From: Basidiobolus meristosporus CBS 931.73
Lineage: Eukaryota > Fungi > Basidiobolomycota
Reading direction: 5' to 3'
DNA: 64,000 bases
Assembly: GCA_002104905.1 (NCBI GenBank)
Contig: MCFE01000180.1
Coordinates: 77,691 to 141,690 of the forward strand
The notes under the pieces are model-generated. The model saw only the letters and a list, made by a program, of their open reading frames with translations, ran no database searches and had not been told where the DNA came from. Each line of letters starts with the position of its first letter. Position 1 is the stretch's first letter. Positions 15,740-29,594 of this stretch are shown here, piece after piece. Made by a program: the position numbers and the translations under genes.

Positions 15740-16690
15740 GGCTAGCGATTTCGCCTAGAAGGGACCTCGCCTCATTCTGATTTTTATTTCTTCCCAGTTG
15801 TTTTGGTATCTTTGTTGCGACCGATTACCTAGTGTGGAATAAAGCAACTCAGGCCAGCCACCACATGTCTTATTATGTCAGCGCCAGTGCATCTTACCAG
15901 TGTCCATGATGAGCATGTGGCTCATATCGATGTCAGTGACAAAGCACTAATGTCTGGAAGTACTGATTAAAGGCCGAAAGCCTTGTTTTCGCTATTGCAC
16001 CCAGTACTGCGCGGACTAGGTCGTCTATGTGCAACCATAGTCAGAGGGTCCTGCATGGACGACTCCCACGGAGCGAGTTGTAATAGTTGAGCCACAGCAA
16101 TGGCTAACCAGGAGTCGGAAACCAACTAGCAAATAGCACACCAACTATATCCATTCTTGCTGGAGGATTGCCAGGGTTTCAAAGCGATCTCACCGCCTAT
16201 CCAACGCCACCCACCTCCGGTCTCATTGTGCTACAAACATCCTGGTGAGTGCTTCATTTGCCCCCAGTCTTGATCAGGTGAGCCAGGATGCTCGCACCAT
16301 CCATCTGCAGTAGCTGGTGGGTCGGAGTATTCGCAGCCATCCACTCTGTGGCATGGAATCATCTGACTCCACTTGCATTGTAACTAGTGCCCCCAGGGCA
16401 TGATTGCCATGGATGGGATAGAGTTTGTGCGAGTACGACGTACTACAGAATTAAAATCAGCCACCCATGGCTTGTTGGGACTCACCAACATCAATGAAAT
16501 GTAACTTGCTACTGATCACGAAAGCCGTATGCAAACCTACTGGCTCAAGGTTGGATGCACTGGGGGAGTGAAATCCGGTGTGGGTGAGAATATTGCTGTG
16601 AGCCTCGAAATCGAGGAAACTCAGCTATTTATTCTGGGGGGAGAGGCAGCAAGTCTGGCTGGATTTCTGTCTATCAGCAGCCATCACAGA

Positions 16691-18356
16691 ATGGAAGAAT
16701 TGCCTGTGGCTGGCCCAGTCAATTCCCTAACCAAGGAAGTGCTGCTCTATATATTTCAGTGGTTTTCAGGGGATCTCCTTACCCTGGCAAGCTGCTGTTT
16801 GGTGTCTCGGAAATGGAAGCATATTGTGAGGCCGTTGCTCTGGCGCTCCCCCACATTCTGCAAGCTTGGACAATTTGACATCTTCAGAAGAATTATCGTA
16901 AATAACCCCGAAGGTAACTGAACAATTCAGCCTCTCGGCGTCCCTTTATTGGCTAACCCCTTCTGAAGCGGCCAAATTGGTACACCACTTGGATTGTTGT
17001 GGGTATCGTAGGGAGATAATGGCTTATTTGCCCAAGTTGCTGGTTCTCTTTCCGAATCTACGTCGTATCAACCTCCCCGGATTTGCTTCACTATCGCAGC
17101 AATCTCTCTCCAATTCGGGATTGAAGTTCCTAAGGACCCTTGAGAGGATTCACTACGTCGAGTGGATAATCTCGGAAGAAGGAATCGCCATGATGGACAT
17201 TTTGTTTCGAGAATGCACTAGCCTGAAAGAGCTGAGTTTGAGGTTGTATGGCTCTACGGGAGTTCCGCTGCCCCTCACCTTCCCAATATCAGACTCCATC
17301 GCTTATGTCGAGTTGACTGGGGATGAATTCGAGGAAACACTAGTACAAGCACTGCTGCAAAAGTTACCCAATTTGTTGGGCTTTCAGTTATGTTCAAACG
17401 ATGTTCCACATAATCTAATTTCGGCTTTGGCAACCAACTGTTTGAAAATAACCCAAATCAAGCTCGAATTCACGGGAACCTATAGTGATGGCCGAGTGCA
17501 CACACTGCTACAGCAAATAATCAAGCATTTCTCTGGGAGGTTGAGTCACTTTGGAATTCTCTTTAGTCCTGAGGCAAGGATAACCATACCCGAGAAACTC
17601 TTGGGTCACCTATGGAAAGCGTTAACGTGCGCGCAGCGTTTCTCACTATCGCACTTTGACCTGTCACAGATGCTGATCTCTTTGGCGAGACATCAGCATT
17701 GCCATTTAAAGGACCTGGAGCTAATGTATATATCGAAAGAGGCCGCTCCCCTGGCCAGCTGGAAGAGATTTTTGTATTCATGTGGAAGCAGCCTCGCCAC
17801 ACTCTCCATTTCATTTAGTAAGCTGCCCGTTGATCTGGGCGAGGTTATTGGCAAGTACTGTCCAAATTTGGCCGAGATCTCCCTGTGTTTTACCAATATT
17901 TCTGATTCAAGCGTGATTCCAATTGTGCAAAAATGCCACAAACTACGTAAACTTGACCTGAATACCACCAACATAACAGTTCACGCGGTGGAGGCGATCA
18001 GCGAGTGCTGCAATCAGCTAGAGTTTCTTATGCTCGATAGAGCTAACAATGAGGTCAGCCCATCAGAGGTCTGCGCATTTTCCTCCCTCCTGCAGCGGAA
18101 CGGAAGTCACATCCGAAGATTAGGCTTGGCGGGGTGGACAATGACCGATGGACTACTGCGGTTGATAGCCGAAAACGCACCGTTCATCAAGGAGCTGCGT
18201 ATTACTAACAGTGAGTATGTGACGGATCTAGTACTGGAATTCCTTATAGAAAAGTGCATCTATCTAAATCGGCTGCATATCATCGGGAACTCGGAAGTTG
18301 CGGGAATCTCTGCCAACTTACTCAAGAGATGCGATCACATTTATTCATGCAATTAA
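16691..18356 (+). CDS. F-box / leucine-rich repeat (RNI-like) protein
   Basis: F-box SLTKEVLLYIFQWF...CCLVSRKWKHIV, one intron near 16913-16968, then LRRs (CPNLAEISL, CHKLRKLDL). Confidence 0.9.
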
Positions 18357-19116
18357 ATTACGGGTTCACAGCCAGTTTACCCGACTAAATACTCGGACAT
18401 CCGCATTTTGCATACCATTGATCTTATTCGAAAGCGGGTGCTAATAAAGTTCTTGGCCTTTCTAACAACACAAGACAAGTGCGTCTTTATTAAATGAATG
18501 CAACGGATCCCCGATTGGTTGTTTGGGACTTTGAGGAGTTACTGATATAGGTCGGCTTGATATTCATAATCAAGAAACTGAAAGCGAGCGATAGGAATAT
18601 ATGAAGTAGACTGAGAGTACCATCGCTTCCGGAGCGAAACTGAAGGAGGACGGGTGTTCCGAGAGGAGGCCGATGATAACGGACCAGCGAGAGTGAGGTT
18701 AGCGTAGAACAAGCCCAAGTGGGAAATATCACCGCGAATCCAATAAAATCATTGCGCGTAGGGGAAAAGTATTGAGGAAACGCACTGGCGAGTTGGACCC
18801 GGGGACTGTAGCAATCTGCGGTACCGCAACAACATCGAGTACCGGTTCAGCAACCCGAAAGCGATCCAATTGTTGAATCAATTTTGGAGGTCTTAGAGTG
18901 TTCATGTGAAGTAAAGATGCAGTTCAGTAAGTGAATTAGAATATCCGCCTCTGTGGTCGTTATATACTAAGGCTGAATCCAATTTGGCTCCTCCAATCTA
19001 ACCGTCAGAAACTCCGAATTTCTATGATTTCGGTCTTGACCATCTCCATTGCCTGATCAAATCCCAAAGGTAGTAAAAGCCCATGATATCACATTGATTG
19101 ACGGTGGTGTGTTGTC

Positions 19117-19413
19117 ATGGCTCTAAGCCACCCCTTGGGCCAGGCTCGTCACCAGTTTGGTTGGGGTTGGTTTGTTCCAGAAGATGACATCCATCATGCA
19201 TTCAACGATGGTTCGTACTCCTTTGAGGTTGAGATGAGGCTACTGGCATCAGATCATGCAGTGCTGACCAACCATCGGCATCCGCACCCACTCACCAATC
19301 CAACAACTGGGCTTAGCCCAATAAGCGCACCCCAAATGTTGATGAACCTTGAAAGCCGCTACTGGATTTCCCTTTATGGTGTTGGGGGAGCTGACGTACA
19401 GTGGCCCAATTAA
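19117..19413 (+). pseudogene. Possible MATH/TRAF-domain C-terminal fragment
   Basis: FGWGWFVPEDDI...DGSYSFEVEM resembles the final MATH strands. No upstream exons reconstructed. Confidence 0.3.
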
Positions 19414-20603
19414 TGGTGAGTTTCAAGATTGATCCAAATGTCTGCCTTATCTATACTAATTACTTACCATGTATGAATTCATCGGGCCATAGACCACCAC
19501 CAATCACATGGTAATGAGATACCACTGTGGATGGCTCAACTCCCAAGGCAAGTCCAGCGCCGCCGTGCGGTCTGATGTGTGACTGCTCGCAAGGTGTCAT
19601 TCTTGTGGTCATCGTGTTTGCAACCTACCGGAGATGAAACCTTTTGCGTCATACTTCGTTTTTGGTTAGCAGAATCTATCTAGCGGAATATCCTTGCCAG
19701 CCTAGTCAATCCTCCGCTATTTAGCATCTGATAACGAAAGCTTTGCTCCACATATATTCACTCATATACACTAAAACGATCACCCCTAGCATCATCACTG
19801 GTCTACCATTCATCATCATCATCATTTCCTAATCTACTGGGGTGAGAGAGAACCTTCAAAAGGTACTACTCCCTATTTGGCCACAACCTAGTCCTTGGGC
19901 GCAACCTTAACCAGCAAACGGATCTATTGGTAGAACAATTCCTTATCGGTAAGAGCACTGAGATTTGGCATCGACACTTCACTGTTCAAGTTATACAGAC
20001 CACACTAACTCCAATTCTGCTGGCACAATCAGGAACACGCTTGAATGGTACATTTTAAGGTTTTGACTTTGAACGAATTTAGTGAATCTTGGGGCAGTTC
20101 AGTCACACACGTTTTCCAGATGCTAATATGGATTTAGCCGTATACTACTCTATAATTGATGGCCACTCTCAAGAGTCTACCAATGGCGCTACGGTGACAA
20201 AGCGTCGGACTATTTTTAAATGGCAATTGGCCACAAAGGTAGAGCTCGCAAAGTACAACTGGAGAGGGAGTTAGGAAATGCGAGGGTATCTGTAGCTAGC
20301 CATAACGGGTAGCTCATAAACAGCTGAATGGCAAGTATTGGACTACACGTCCTTTCAGTATTCCGTATTAATGTATAATCCTCCTGGCACAGAGCCTAAC
20401 AACTTGAGTAGAACTAGCATGCCATTACCGTAGTAATGATCATATCTTTCCATCGTAGTCGTTTGCAATGACTTCGAAAGATTATACGGAATCCAGGGGT
20501 TTTTAGATGTCTGAGTTTACGAAAGATTATGCATTCATTGAATGCACATTCCACTATTTATTTACTCCGCGTTGATATCATGTGTTTCACCAATCTACCC
20601 TCA

Positions 20604-22463
20604 ATGGAAAGCACAAATAATTCACCCCGATGGCAGCTAGAGAAATACTCACGTTGCTACGACGGCTCCCAAAACTGGAATCATGTAACGCATATGAATA
20701 TGTATCTAGTAGTCGACTCCTCCATCTTCAACATGAAAGTCCTCATTGAAGGCGATCAAGGGTCAAAAAACGAATCAGTAATATTGGTAAATGGATACTA
20801 TCTAGATGCAAAGAGCCATTTACAAAGCCCTATTTTCTGCAGGAAAACCATTGTCTGAAAGCTTCGTCAACCAACGAATCCCATCTGAAGGTTATAGCGA
20901 AAGGGGTGACGTTAGGGTTTCGTTACCAGTTTAAAACAACTAGTGTAACATAATGCTCTCTAGATCCATCATATCCAAATTATTTATTTTTGACAATGGT
21001 AGTTAGTGGAGCAACGAAAGTTTCAACTTCGATTCAAAGAAGAGCGAACATGCCTCAATTGTGTCGACTTACTTGCTAGATATATGACGTGTAAAAGGGT
21101 ATTCAATCGACCCATGGCTGCTGGTAAAATCTCCGCTAGGGAATCTTTAGGATCATTTATCTTCTCTGAAGATACATTTCCACCATCACAAAGCCAGTCA
21201 CAATCTTTTTCCCAGGTGGAGGGAATGGAGTCAAATCCGAATATCGACTTTGAGCACAGCACCGGAAGTTCTCAGAGTGGAGGAGCATCGGTACCTCAAA
21301 ATAAGGACAATCAAAGCCAATCTACCTCTTTGCAGGAGCAAAAAGCATCCACCAGCATACCAGATAAACAACAGAAAGCTCTAGACAGTCATGTGGAACC
21401 TAAACTGAATACCCAATTGCCAATAGAGACGTTCAAATCCAATCCGGATACAAGGCAAGACAGCTTATACTTCCACTCCCCGAAGGAGGTGTCCGCAAGG
21501 CCTATTATTCAGCCATCCTTCGAGCGGAATCCATCATCAAGAAATGAAAGCAACAAAAGTTTGGAATCGTGGACAAGCAAGCCCGAGCTCTCGTCAGCAA
21601 TTTCTACTAAGCCGATCTCCATATATCCCAATACGAACTTGTCAATCGCCAATCATGCATCACATGTCACTTTTAGTAGTGTGGAATCAGCAGCTACAGT
21701 CAACATCAGACCACAAGATACTTTGCACCACAAGTGCCCTACTGAACCAAACTCGATCTCAAGTCAAGTGAATACAGGATTTGTTACACCTACCCCTACC
21801 AGAGAAGGTGAGATAGAATTTAGTTTTATGTAAAACATCAAACTGAATAGCATACTTGGATTTTGATGCACTACTTCAGGATCTATCGTTCAGGGTGACT
21901 CAAGCATCACCACTTTTAACCCTCATCATACTCTGGGCCTAGCGACGCCACGCTCCTTGCAAGCCTCTCAACAACCAACCAACCTCAACCCACATATCAC
22001 GCAACTTCCTATTCAGAATGGATATAATATAGTCTGTTATCAATCTCTTGAGAAAGACCAAATGGTACACAATATGTCCGCACCGGCTGTCTCGCAAGGT
22101 CTACAAAAGGTAGACGAACATACAAGAATGCCTTTAAATGGCGTGAAAAGCGACGGTATCACGTCATTCCAAGCACTATTGGCGGCACCAGAGCTTCCTG
22201 GAACAGTTCTAGATACTCTTCAGTCACCACTAGCTAATCAAAACTCACATACCCAGGTAGCATTGAGAGATACGGAGAATCTACACAATTACAGTGATGA
22301 GGAGCTTTTCAATATGATAGCCGTAATTTTAAAGGACCCAGAATTCCCTCTGTTGGTAAGCACTGGAATCCACAGAAATCACTTCTGAGTATGCTTACAT
22401 CAATAATTACAGGTCGAAAGGGTGGAAAAATTATGGGCATTGAAGATTATTGGGAATTTTTAA
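20604..22463 (+). CDS. REC114: Meiotic recombination protein Rec114/Rec7 homolog, multi-exon
   Basis: N-terminal WQLEKYSRC, ILENH..LKVIAKG.TLGFRY, QRKFQLRF..C..CVDLLARY, a disordered middle, and C-terminal EELFNMIAVILKDPEFPLL|VERVEKLW (intron 22356-22412) match the Rec114 signature motifs. Confidence 0.8.
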
Positions 22464-22790
22464 GACACTGCAAGCAAGTGGAGGCTCGAAAGCTGCTCCT
22501 GACCAGACATGCTATTGTGCACACACTCGTAAAATGGGAATCTTCGCAGCAGCTATACAATCGATAATAATAAAGGCAGAGTATGGTATCATGCTCGTGT
22601 TATTCTTAGAAGTTGGCCATAGATACGATTACATTTGAAGTTCATTTATTCTTTGGATCTCCTATGGCAACATTAAGTACACACCACCAACAGTTGACCT
22701 GATCTTGGGTTGAGGCCAAGTAAATGGGTTGATGGATTGTGGCGGGTGATAAGAATTGTCGCGTAGTACGTAACTGGACATACTAGCTCA

Positions 22791-23555
22791 CTAATACTTG
22801 TATTTAGTAGAGTAGTCCTTGGGAGATACAACCAAACCACGACCTAAACACAAACGATTAGTACCAAAGGTCCGGACGAACTGGCTTCATTATGGGACCC
22901 ATAGGGGGGGGGTTACCTTTACGTGCCCCGCGATACACGGTTTCAACAATATCGATCATCTCCTGTTTATCCTCCAAAGCCCAGTTGATCTTGTTGTTGT
23001 TACCGGTTCCTAAATCAATCATGATGTGCTTGTTACGGAAGAAAAACATAGTGGTACATGGATCGTATAGTTCGTACATCTACAACATAGCAGTAAGTGA
23101 GTTACCGAGTTTGGGAAAGCCGGCACACTATTGGCAATTGTACCTTGTTGAAATCGGGGACCTCAGTGATGTCGACCAAGAATATGACCGCGAAATTCTT
23201 GACCTTCTCGGCGATTCCGTAAAGGATCTCGTCCATCTTCATGCACGTGGGGTCCTGGTCGAAGAATTGTTAGGAACGGGGTTCGTAAACGGAGCCGGTA
23301 CCAGTACTTACCCAATCGTGACCAAAGCGTATGACAACTACACGATCCTCCTCTGAGAGAATGGCCTGATCCACTTGCCAACCTAGGAAAAGGGGAAACA
23401 CAGCTCTAGTCACTCACGAACCCAACCATGCTCAAGAATACGAAAAGAAAATACCGTTGGTAAGATGGGGAAGAAAGTACGACTATCAGAGGAGTAAGCG
23501 AGTCAGTAAGAAACGTCGAAGCTGTACCTGTCTTCTACTTCGTTCAACTTACCAT
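22791..23555 (-). CDS. DIB1: U5 snRNP protein Dim1/TXNL4A, multi-exon
   Basis: Spliced MSYFLPHL..WQVDQAILSEEDRVVVIRFGHDW..MYELYDPCTTMFFFRNKHIMIDLGTGNNNKINW..GLVVSPKDYSTKYKY. Confidence 0.97.
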
Positions 23556-25259
23556 CTTGAGTGTAGCTCCTTGAAAAAGTCGGGTGTGTGGTGCTGCACT
23601 TGAAAATTGGGTTTTCTATCCATCACAAGCGAGGTGAGGGAAAATCAGGATCCCTCCAGATCCGGGATCGAATCTCGTATCCAACCACTAATTTGACATC
23701 GGTTCTTGATTAAATCGAACGGGTCCGGTCTGTTTCTTGACTGGGTGAGGGGCGATCTTGGCCCAGTCGTATTGATTGGGGGGAATTGAGGGAGTAGGTG
23801 ATGGTGCTTGGGTTCTGCTAAACCGCTGTGCTGATTGACACCAACAACCGCCAAGATTGGTTAATGTTCCGGTTAAATAGATGAAAGGGTTTCTAAGTTT
23901 ACCTGGCAATCCGCCTCCAAATATGAGCAATGACCCTACAGATGTCACCTAACCTTTAGGTTGCCTTACAAACAGCAGCTGGCTCACTAAACCACCCGGC
24001 ACATCAAAATCGATTTCTCGATTGTTCAGGAAGGAATCTCAGTGATATGTAAGGTATGCGGAGCAGCTTCAAGTCTGGAATTCCCAAAGCTCCCCAAGAG
24101 TCCACGAACCGCGTCCCCGCAAAGCCACCCTCGGACTTGCCATTCTACACAGCATGGTTTCCTGTCTGGCTTGGGTTCAAGGCCTTTCAAAACTCGGGTC
24201 TGTGAGCAAACCACTTTCTTTTCCATATCCCGTTGTACTCCTAAGCACCCACATCAATCTGCTGAAGCCCACAGTTTGCCCGAACACTCGTGATCCTAAG
24301 AACCCTATGCCTCTACTCCGCAGCCTATCCAAAATCCAGACCGCTCCTATACACAGGAAATCCCTCGTCCACCCAAATCGGTGGCAATCTACCCCGAACC
24401 TGGTTGCGAAGGCAAAATGCTGAGCTAAATACATCATGAGTAGGAGGATAATATTGCTATCTAGGGTGGTTGTGAGCTGGCTATGCTCAGTACTAAATGT
24501 GTATTCAAGTGGGTTTGCCAAACCATCTATGTCAGAAATCAATTCCCGTCTACGGCCAGGTGAACTATTCTAGATGCACCCACGCTCCCCCTCCAACAGG
24601 CGACAAGTGCCTCTGCAGCCAAGTGCTGGCAGGGTTTGATACGAAATAGAAGTACACATCCATCTGCCAGAGAATGCGGACCTTTGGCGACTAGAAGCGG
24701 GTAGATTGTGGACTGGAGGTGGCTTAGAATCATAGCAAACACCCATGGATCCGTTTTGTAGATGGCCATTACATCTAGGACTCCAGAGTTTCACAAATTC
24801 TTGATGGTTGGCAAAGAATTCATGACCGCACCCAACCTACACCGCCTGTGAAAGCCAATTGAAGACACCACGTGGATAGCTTGAGACTGGCTAGCTTCCT
24901 AGTGACATGGCTGATGGCAGTTGGTTGGATGTTAGGTTAGGGTATAGGGGCCATCAAAAATTTGTGAGATTGGCTAAGTGGCACTGGTGGGATCAAAGGA
25001 GTTGATACGCTTGTATGGTGCTCTCAAAGTAAAGAGAGTTGGGATGTGAGAGTGAATGGGTATTGATAGGGGGAAAGCTTGAAGACTGTAAATTCTGTAC
25101 TGAGTCAACCAAAAGTAATGGTTAGAATTTTGGAGCATGGTCTTTGCTTACCAATTAATTGAGTAGAAGTGAGGAACTTAGGCTTTTATGTGGGCTAGGT
25201 TAAAGCTATCAAATAAGTACCATGAAAAGATCCAGGTATCATGGTGTTGTACTTATATC

Positions 25260-25608
25260 TGTTGTAAGAGTCTTGGAGATATTGGAAGTGATTTGGAGAA
25301 CAAGTAGATTATGTGGTTTTCACTTAATGATTTATTGAATGTAAAAGTAGTATTTATACTTTTACATGGTCTTGGCATTACAAACACGTAGAATAGGTTA
25401 AGGAAGGTCCCAAGAGCATGTGTGCAAAGTTTGGGGCTGTTTGGACAACTTTGAGAATTTTCATGTTCTGGGTACCTGGTATTTGGTGAAAATATTCAAA
25501 GTAAATCCCAACAAGGAATTTGGTCAGTATTCTCTAGGATTTGAAGGTGATGATCTAAGTGACTAAGTTAGGTGAATATTTAGGTGGAAAATACAAATTT
25601 TTACAACA
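25260..25608 (-). repeat. 3' LTR of copia
   Basis: tgttgtaagag...tttacaaca; near-identical to 29595-29943. Confidence 0.97.
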
Positions 25609-28600
25609 CTCCCACTCAGCTTAATGTTCATACTGACTAGTCCTAATTTTGACCTAAGATATTCAAACTTGTCTCTAGCTAATGGTTTGGTAAATATGTC
25701 TGCAATCATTTCATCTGTAGGACAGTAAACTAAGCTAACTAAGTTATTCTCTATAGCTTCACGTATGAAATGACGTCTGATATCTATGTGCTTGGTTCTA
25801 GCATGAAAAGTTGGATTTCTACCTAATTGTATACATCCTTGATTATCTTGAAATAAAGTAATAGGCATTTTTTGACACAGGCCTAAATCTGTAAAGAGCT
25901 TTCTTAACCACATTGCTTCTTTTGTAGCTTCACAGGCTGCCATATACTCTGCCTCTGTAGTAGAAAGTGCTACGGTTGGTTGTTTTCTTGAATTCCATTA
26001 AATGGCTCCTTTACAGTAAAGAAAGGTGTATCCTGTGGTGGATCTTCTGTCTTCTAAATTTCGTCCCCAATCAGCATCAGAGTATCCCACAAGATCCTGT
26101 TCTGAATCCTTATAAGTGTATCTTATACAGATATCAGCAGTTCCTTTTAGGTATCTAAAAATCCGCTTAACTGCTGCAATATGATCAGATCCATAATTCT
26201 GATTATGTTGGCTGACAACTCCCACTGAATATGAGATATCTGGACGTGTTCCAAGCATGATATACATCAGACTGCCGACCATAGATTGACAAGGAAAGTC
26301 AGGGCTTTCAGATGGCACCAAGCTCTCTTGATTTGGTTGAGTTTTGACCAAGTTAAGGTTTGTCTCCATTGGGGTAGCTGCCGGTTTACAGTCTTCTATT
26401 TTGTACTTCTTTAGTATATCATGAATATACTTGGATTGGCTTAGGGTAATAGTCTGGGTACTTCTGTCTATGGAGAACTTAATCCCTGAGTAGTAACTAA
26501 GTTCTCCTAGATCGGACATCTTGAACTCCATAGATAGGCTGGATTTAGTCTCTTCCAATGTTTCTAGGTTATTGGCGGCTATAATAAGATCATCCACATA
26601 TAGAGCTAATAGAACTGGATTTGCTCTATCTGGCTTATAGTATATACTATAGTCAGCATTACTCCTTTTGAAACTCAAAGATTCCAAATAAGAATCTATC
26701 TTGCAATTCCAGGCTCTTGGTGATTGTTTGAGACCATATAGTGACTTTTTAAGCTTGCAGACCAAATGGGGGTTATCTTGGTCAACAAACCCATCAGGCT
26801 GGTCCATATACACGTCCTCATCAAGTTCTCCATTCAAAAATGCAGTTTTTACATCCATTTGATGAATAAAAAACTTATATTTGGCTGCAATAGCCAATAT
26901 TAATCTGATGGAATTAAACTTGGCTACCGGTGCAAAGGTCTCAGTATAGTCAAGTCCTTTTGTTTGAGAGTATCCTTTGGCTACAAGTCTTGCTTTGTAT
27001 CTTTCAATTGTACCATCAGCCTTGTATTTTGTCTTTAAGACCCATCTGCATCCAATTGATTTTCGGTTGATTGGTAATTTGACTAAGTCCCAAGTTTGAT
27101 TTTCCATCAGTGCCTGATATTCCTCAGTCATTGCAGATCTCCAAAACTTTGTCTGAGGGCTATTTAGGGCCTCTTTTACAGTCTGGGGTTCATCAACATG
27201 GACTGAATAGGCATAGGCTAAGTTTGTACCCTCATTGATATAGTAATTTGGGCTATTTCTTGTCCGATTGGATCTCCGGGCATTTGATACTGGAATGATC
27301 ACTTCTGGGATATTCCTGGGCACTGATTCTGGCTGAACCACGGTTGTATAGTCCTCTGGAGTGAAAAAATTTTCATTGTTTTGCTCTGATTCAATCCTGA
27401 CAATTGGTGGACTTGAGATCAAATTTTTGTCATCATCTGATGTCATTTTTTGTGAAAATTTGAATTTTCATCAAACAACACATCCCTGGACTTGATCAGC
27501 TTCTTTGCTTCGGTATTGTAGAGTCTGTATGCCTTACTCTCATTGCAGTAGCCCAAAAATATGCATTTTACACTTTTTGGCTCAAATTTTGACTGATTTC
27601 CGGCCAGTTTTTTGGCATATGCTGTACACCCAAATATTCTTAGATGTTCTGCACTTGGTCTGTATCCATACCATGCTTCAGATGGAGTAGAATCACAAAG
27701 TATTCTGTTATAACTCCTATTTTTAAGATATACAGCAGTGGCAACTGATTCCGCCCAAAAATCATAGGATAATTTTTGATCATGGATCATAGATCTTGCC
27801 ATATCAATTATTGATCTGTTAGCTCGTTCTGCTACTCCATTTTGCTGTGGGGAGTATGGTACAGTAGTCTCTTGCTTTATCCCATGAATTTTGCAGAAGT
27901 GGATGAAGAGTTTTGAGGTATATTCTCCACCATTGTCAGAGCGTATTTTCTTGATTTTTTCACCAGTTTCTCTCTCCACCATGGCTTTAAACTCCCTGAG
28001 CTTAGACAGAGCTTCTTCCTTTCTCTCCATGAAGTAGACCCATGTGTATCTTGTATAATCATCAATAAAAGTGATTAAATACTTCATCCCACCTAAGGAT
28101 AAATTTTGCATAGGTCCACACAGATCTGAGTGAATTAGATCTAATTTTTTCTTAGTTTTGATTAACCCAGAGCTCTTGAACGGTTGTCTGGCTTGTTTCC
28201 CATACATGCAGGCTTCACAGTGCTCCAAAATAGCCGGGGGATCAATTTTCACTCCAGAAATTAGCTGATCTTTGATCATTTTACGCAAATAATCAAAATT
28301 GATGTGTCCAAATCTCCTGTGCCAAAGCATTGGTGTTTCTTCATTTAAGTTACTTATATTGGCTTCCAGATATGATGGAATATAAGTCAACTTGTATAGG
28401 TTCTGATCTCTGATGCCCAAAGTAATATGAGCACCATTTTGATCAGTGATCCTGCATCCAGAATTGTCAAAACTGAAACCGAGTCCTTCTGCTGTTGCCT
28501 TGCTTACAGAGAGTAGGTTCTTGGCTATTTCTGGTACATAGAGTACTTCTTTAAAGGTCAGTGTATGGCTTCCTTCACTGCTTCTAAGGTTTACTTGGAT

Positions 28601-29590
28601 AGTTCCTTCTCCCACTGCATCAAGTGTTCTATTGTCACCCATGAAAACCTTCTTAATTGGAATTTCTTGATATTGGGTAAAAAGTTCTTTTTGGTGTGTA
28701 AAGTGTTGAGAAGCTCCAGAGTCAATATACCACGTCTGAGAATCCTTGTTTGTGGTCATATTTAGTGCAGATATGAATAGTCTATCTTCAGTTGTTGCAG
28801 CATTTCCATATTCAGGCTTCTTTTGCTGATAATCTCTCTTTTTGAAACACCGGTCTGATGTGTGTCCTTTCCTTTTGCAGTAGTTGCAAAATAGGTTGCT
28901 GTTGCCTCTGTAGGGTCTTGGGTACCTCCTTTGTTGGTTATTATTGCTTATTAAAGCATTTTCTTCTTCCTTCTTATTGGCACTTGATTTTCTTAATTCT
29001 TCATCCAGGAGCCTTCCATATACATAATTTAAGGTCAAATCTTCAGTTCTGGACTCTAGGGCTAATACAAGGCCCTGAAACTCGTCTGTCAGGCTATTCA
29101 GGATGGTAACTATCACATCCTCATCAGTAGTTGGTACACCCACAGATTCCATCTCATCTACCAGCAGGGTAATTCAGTTAATTAGATTTTTCATTTCTTC
29201 TCCTGGCAGCATCTTTGTAGTAAAGAATTTTCTTCTCAGATACATTTTCTTGGCAGCTGAACATGACTGGTAGGTGTCTTCTAATGCCTTCCAGGCATTC
29301 TTTGCCGTTTTTGCTCTTGAGCATTGAATTAGCAATTTGTCCTTGACATTAAGGCAAATGCAGTTAAAGGCACTTTGTTTTTTCTTCTGGTACTTTAAGG
29401 CTTCCTCTCCCACGTTTTTAGGAGGGCATTCTTCTCCCATGACAATATCCCAAAGGCCTCTTTCTTGCAGCAGCATCTTCATCTTCACCTTCCACACTTG
29501 GTAGTTAGATCCATCCAACTTTTCAGCAGAGGGAAAAATTCCAGTAATAGCAGTGGTAGACATTGCAGAGAGTGACAGCTCGGGGCTCAT
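25563..29590 (-). pseudogene. Copia gag-pol with three lesions
   Basis: TGA at 29174-29176 (AGA in other copies), 1-nt frameshift near 27445, TAA at 25998-26000 (TCA in other copies). Confidence 0.9.
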
Positions 29591-29594
29591 AACC
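29583..29594 (-). promoter_or_regulatory. Primer-binding site complementary to the tRNA-iMet anticodon arm (half-tRNA priming)
   Basis: GGTTATGAGCCC directly after the 5' LTR, complementary to GGGCUCAUAACC. Degenerate ggctatgagc copies at ~30352 and 45380. Confidence 0.85.

Noticed and set aside
23640-24800. Possible spliced gene upstream of DIB1
   Set aside because: CpG-normal sequence, but I could not assemble a coherent frame on either strand.
24932-24950. Interstitial telomere-like gttaggttagggtatagggg
   Set aside because: Only one perfect repeat; expected by chance.
27440-27460. Programmed frameshift in copia pol
   Set aside because: Other copies read through in frame; it is a 1-nt deletion.
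29174-29176. Programmed readthrough in copia gag
   Set aside because: Other copies have AGA here, it lies mid-domain, and the context is TGA-ATT.
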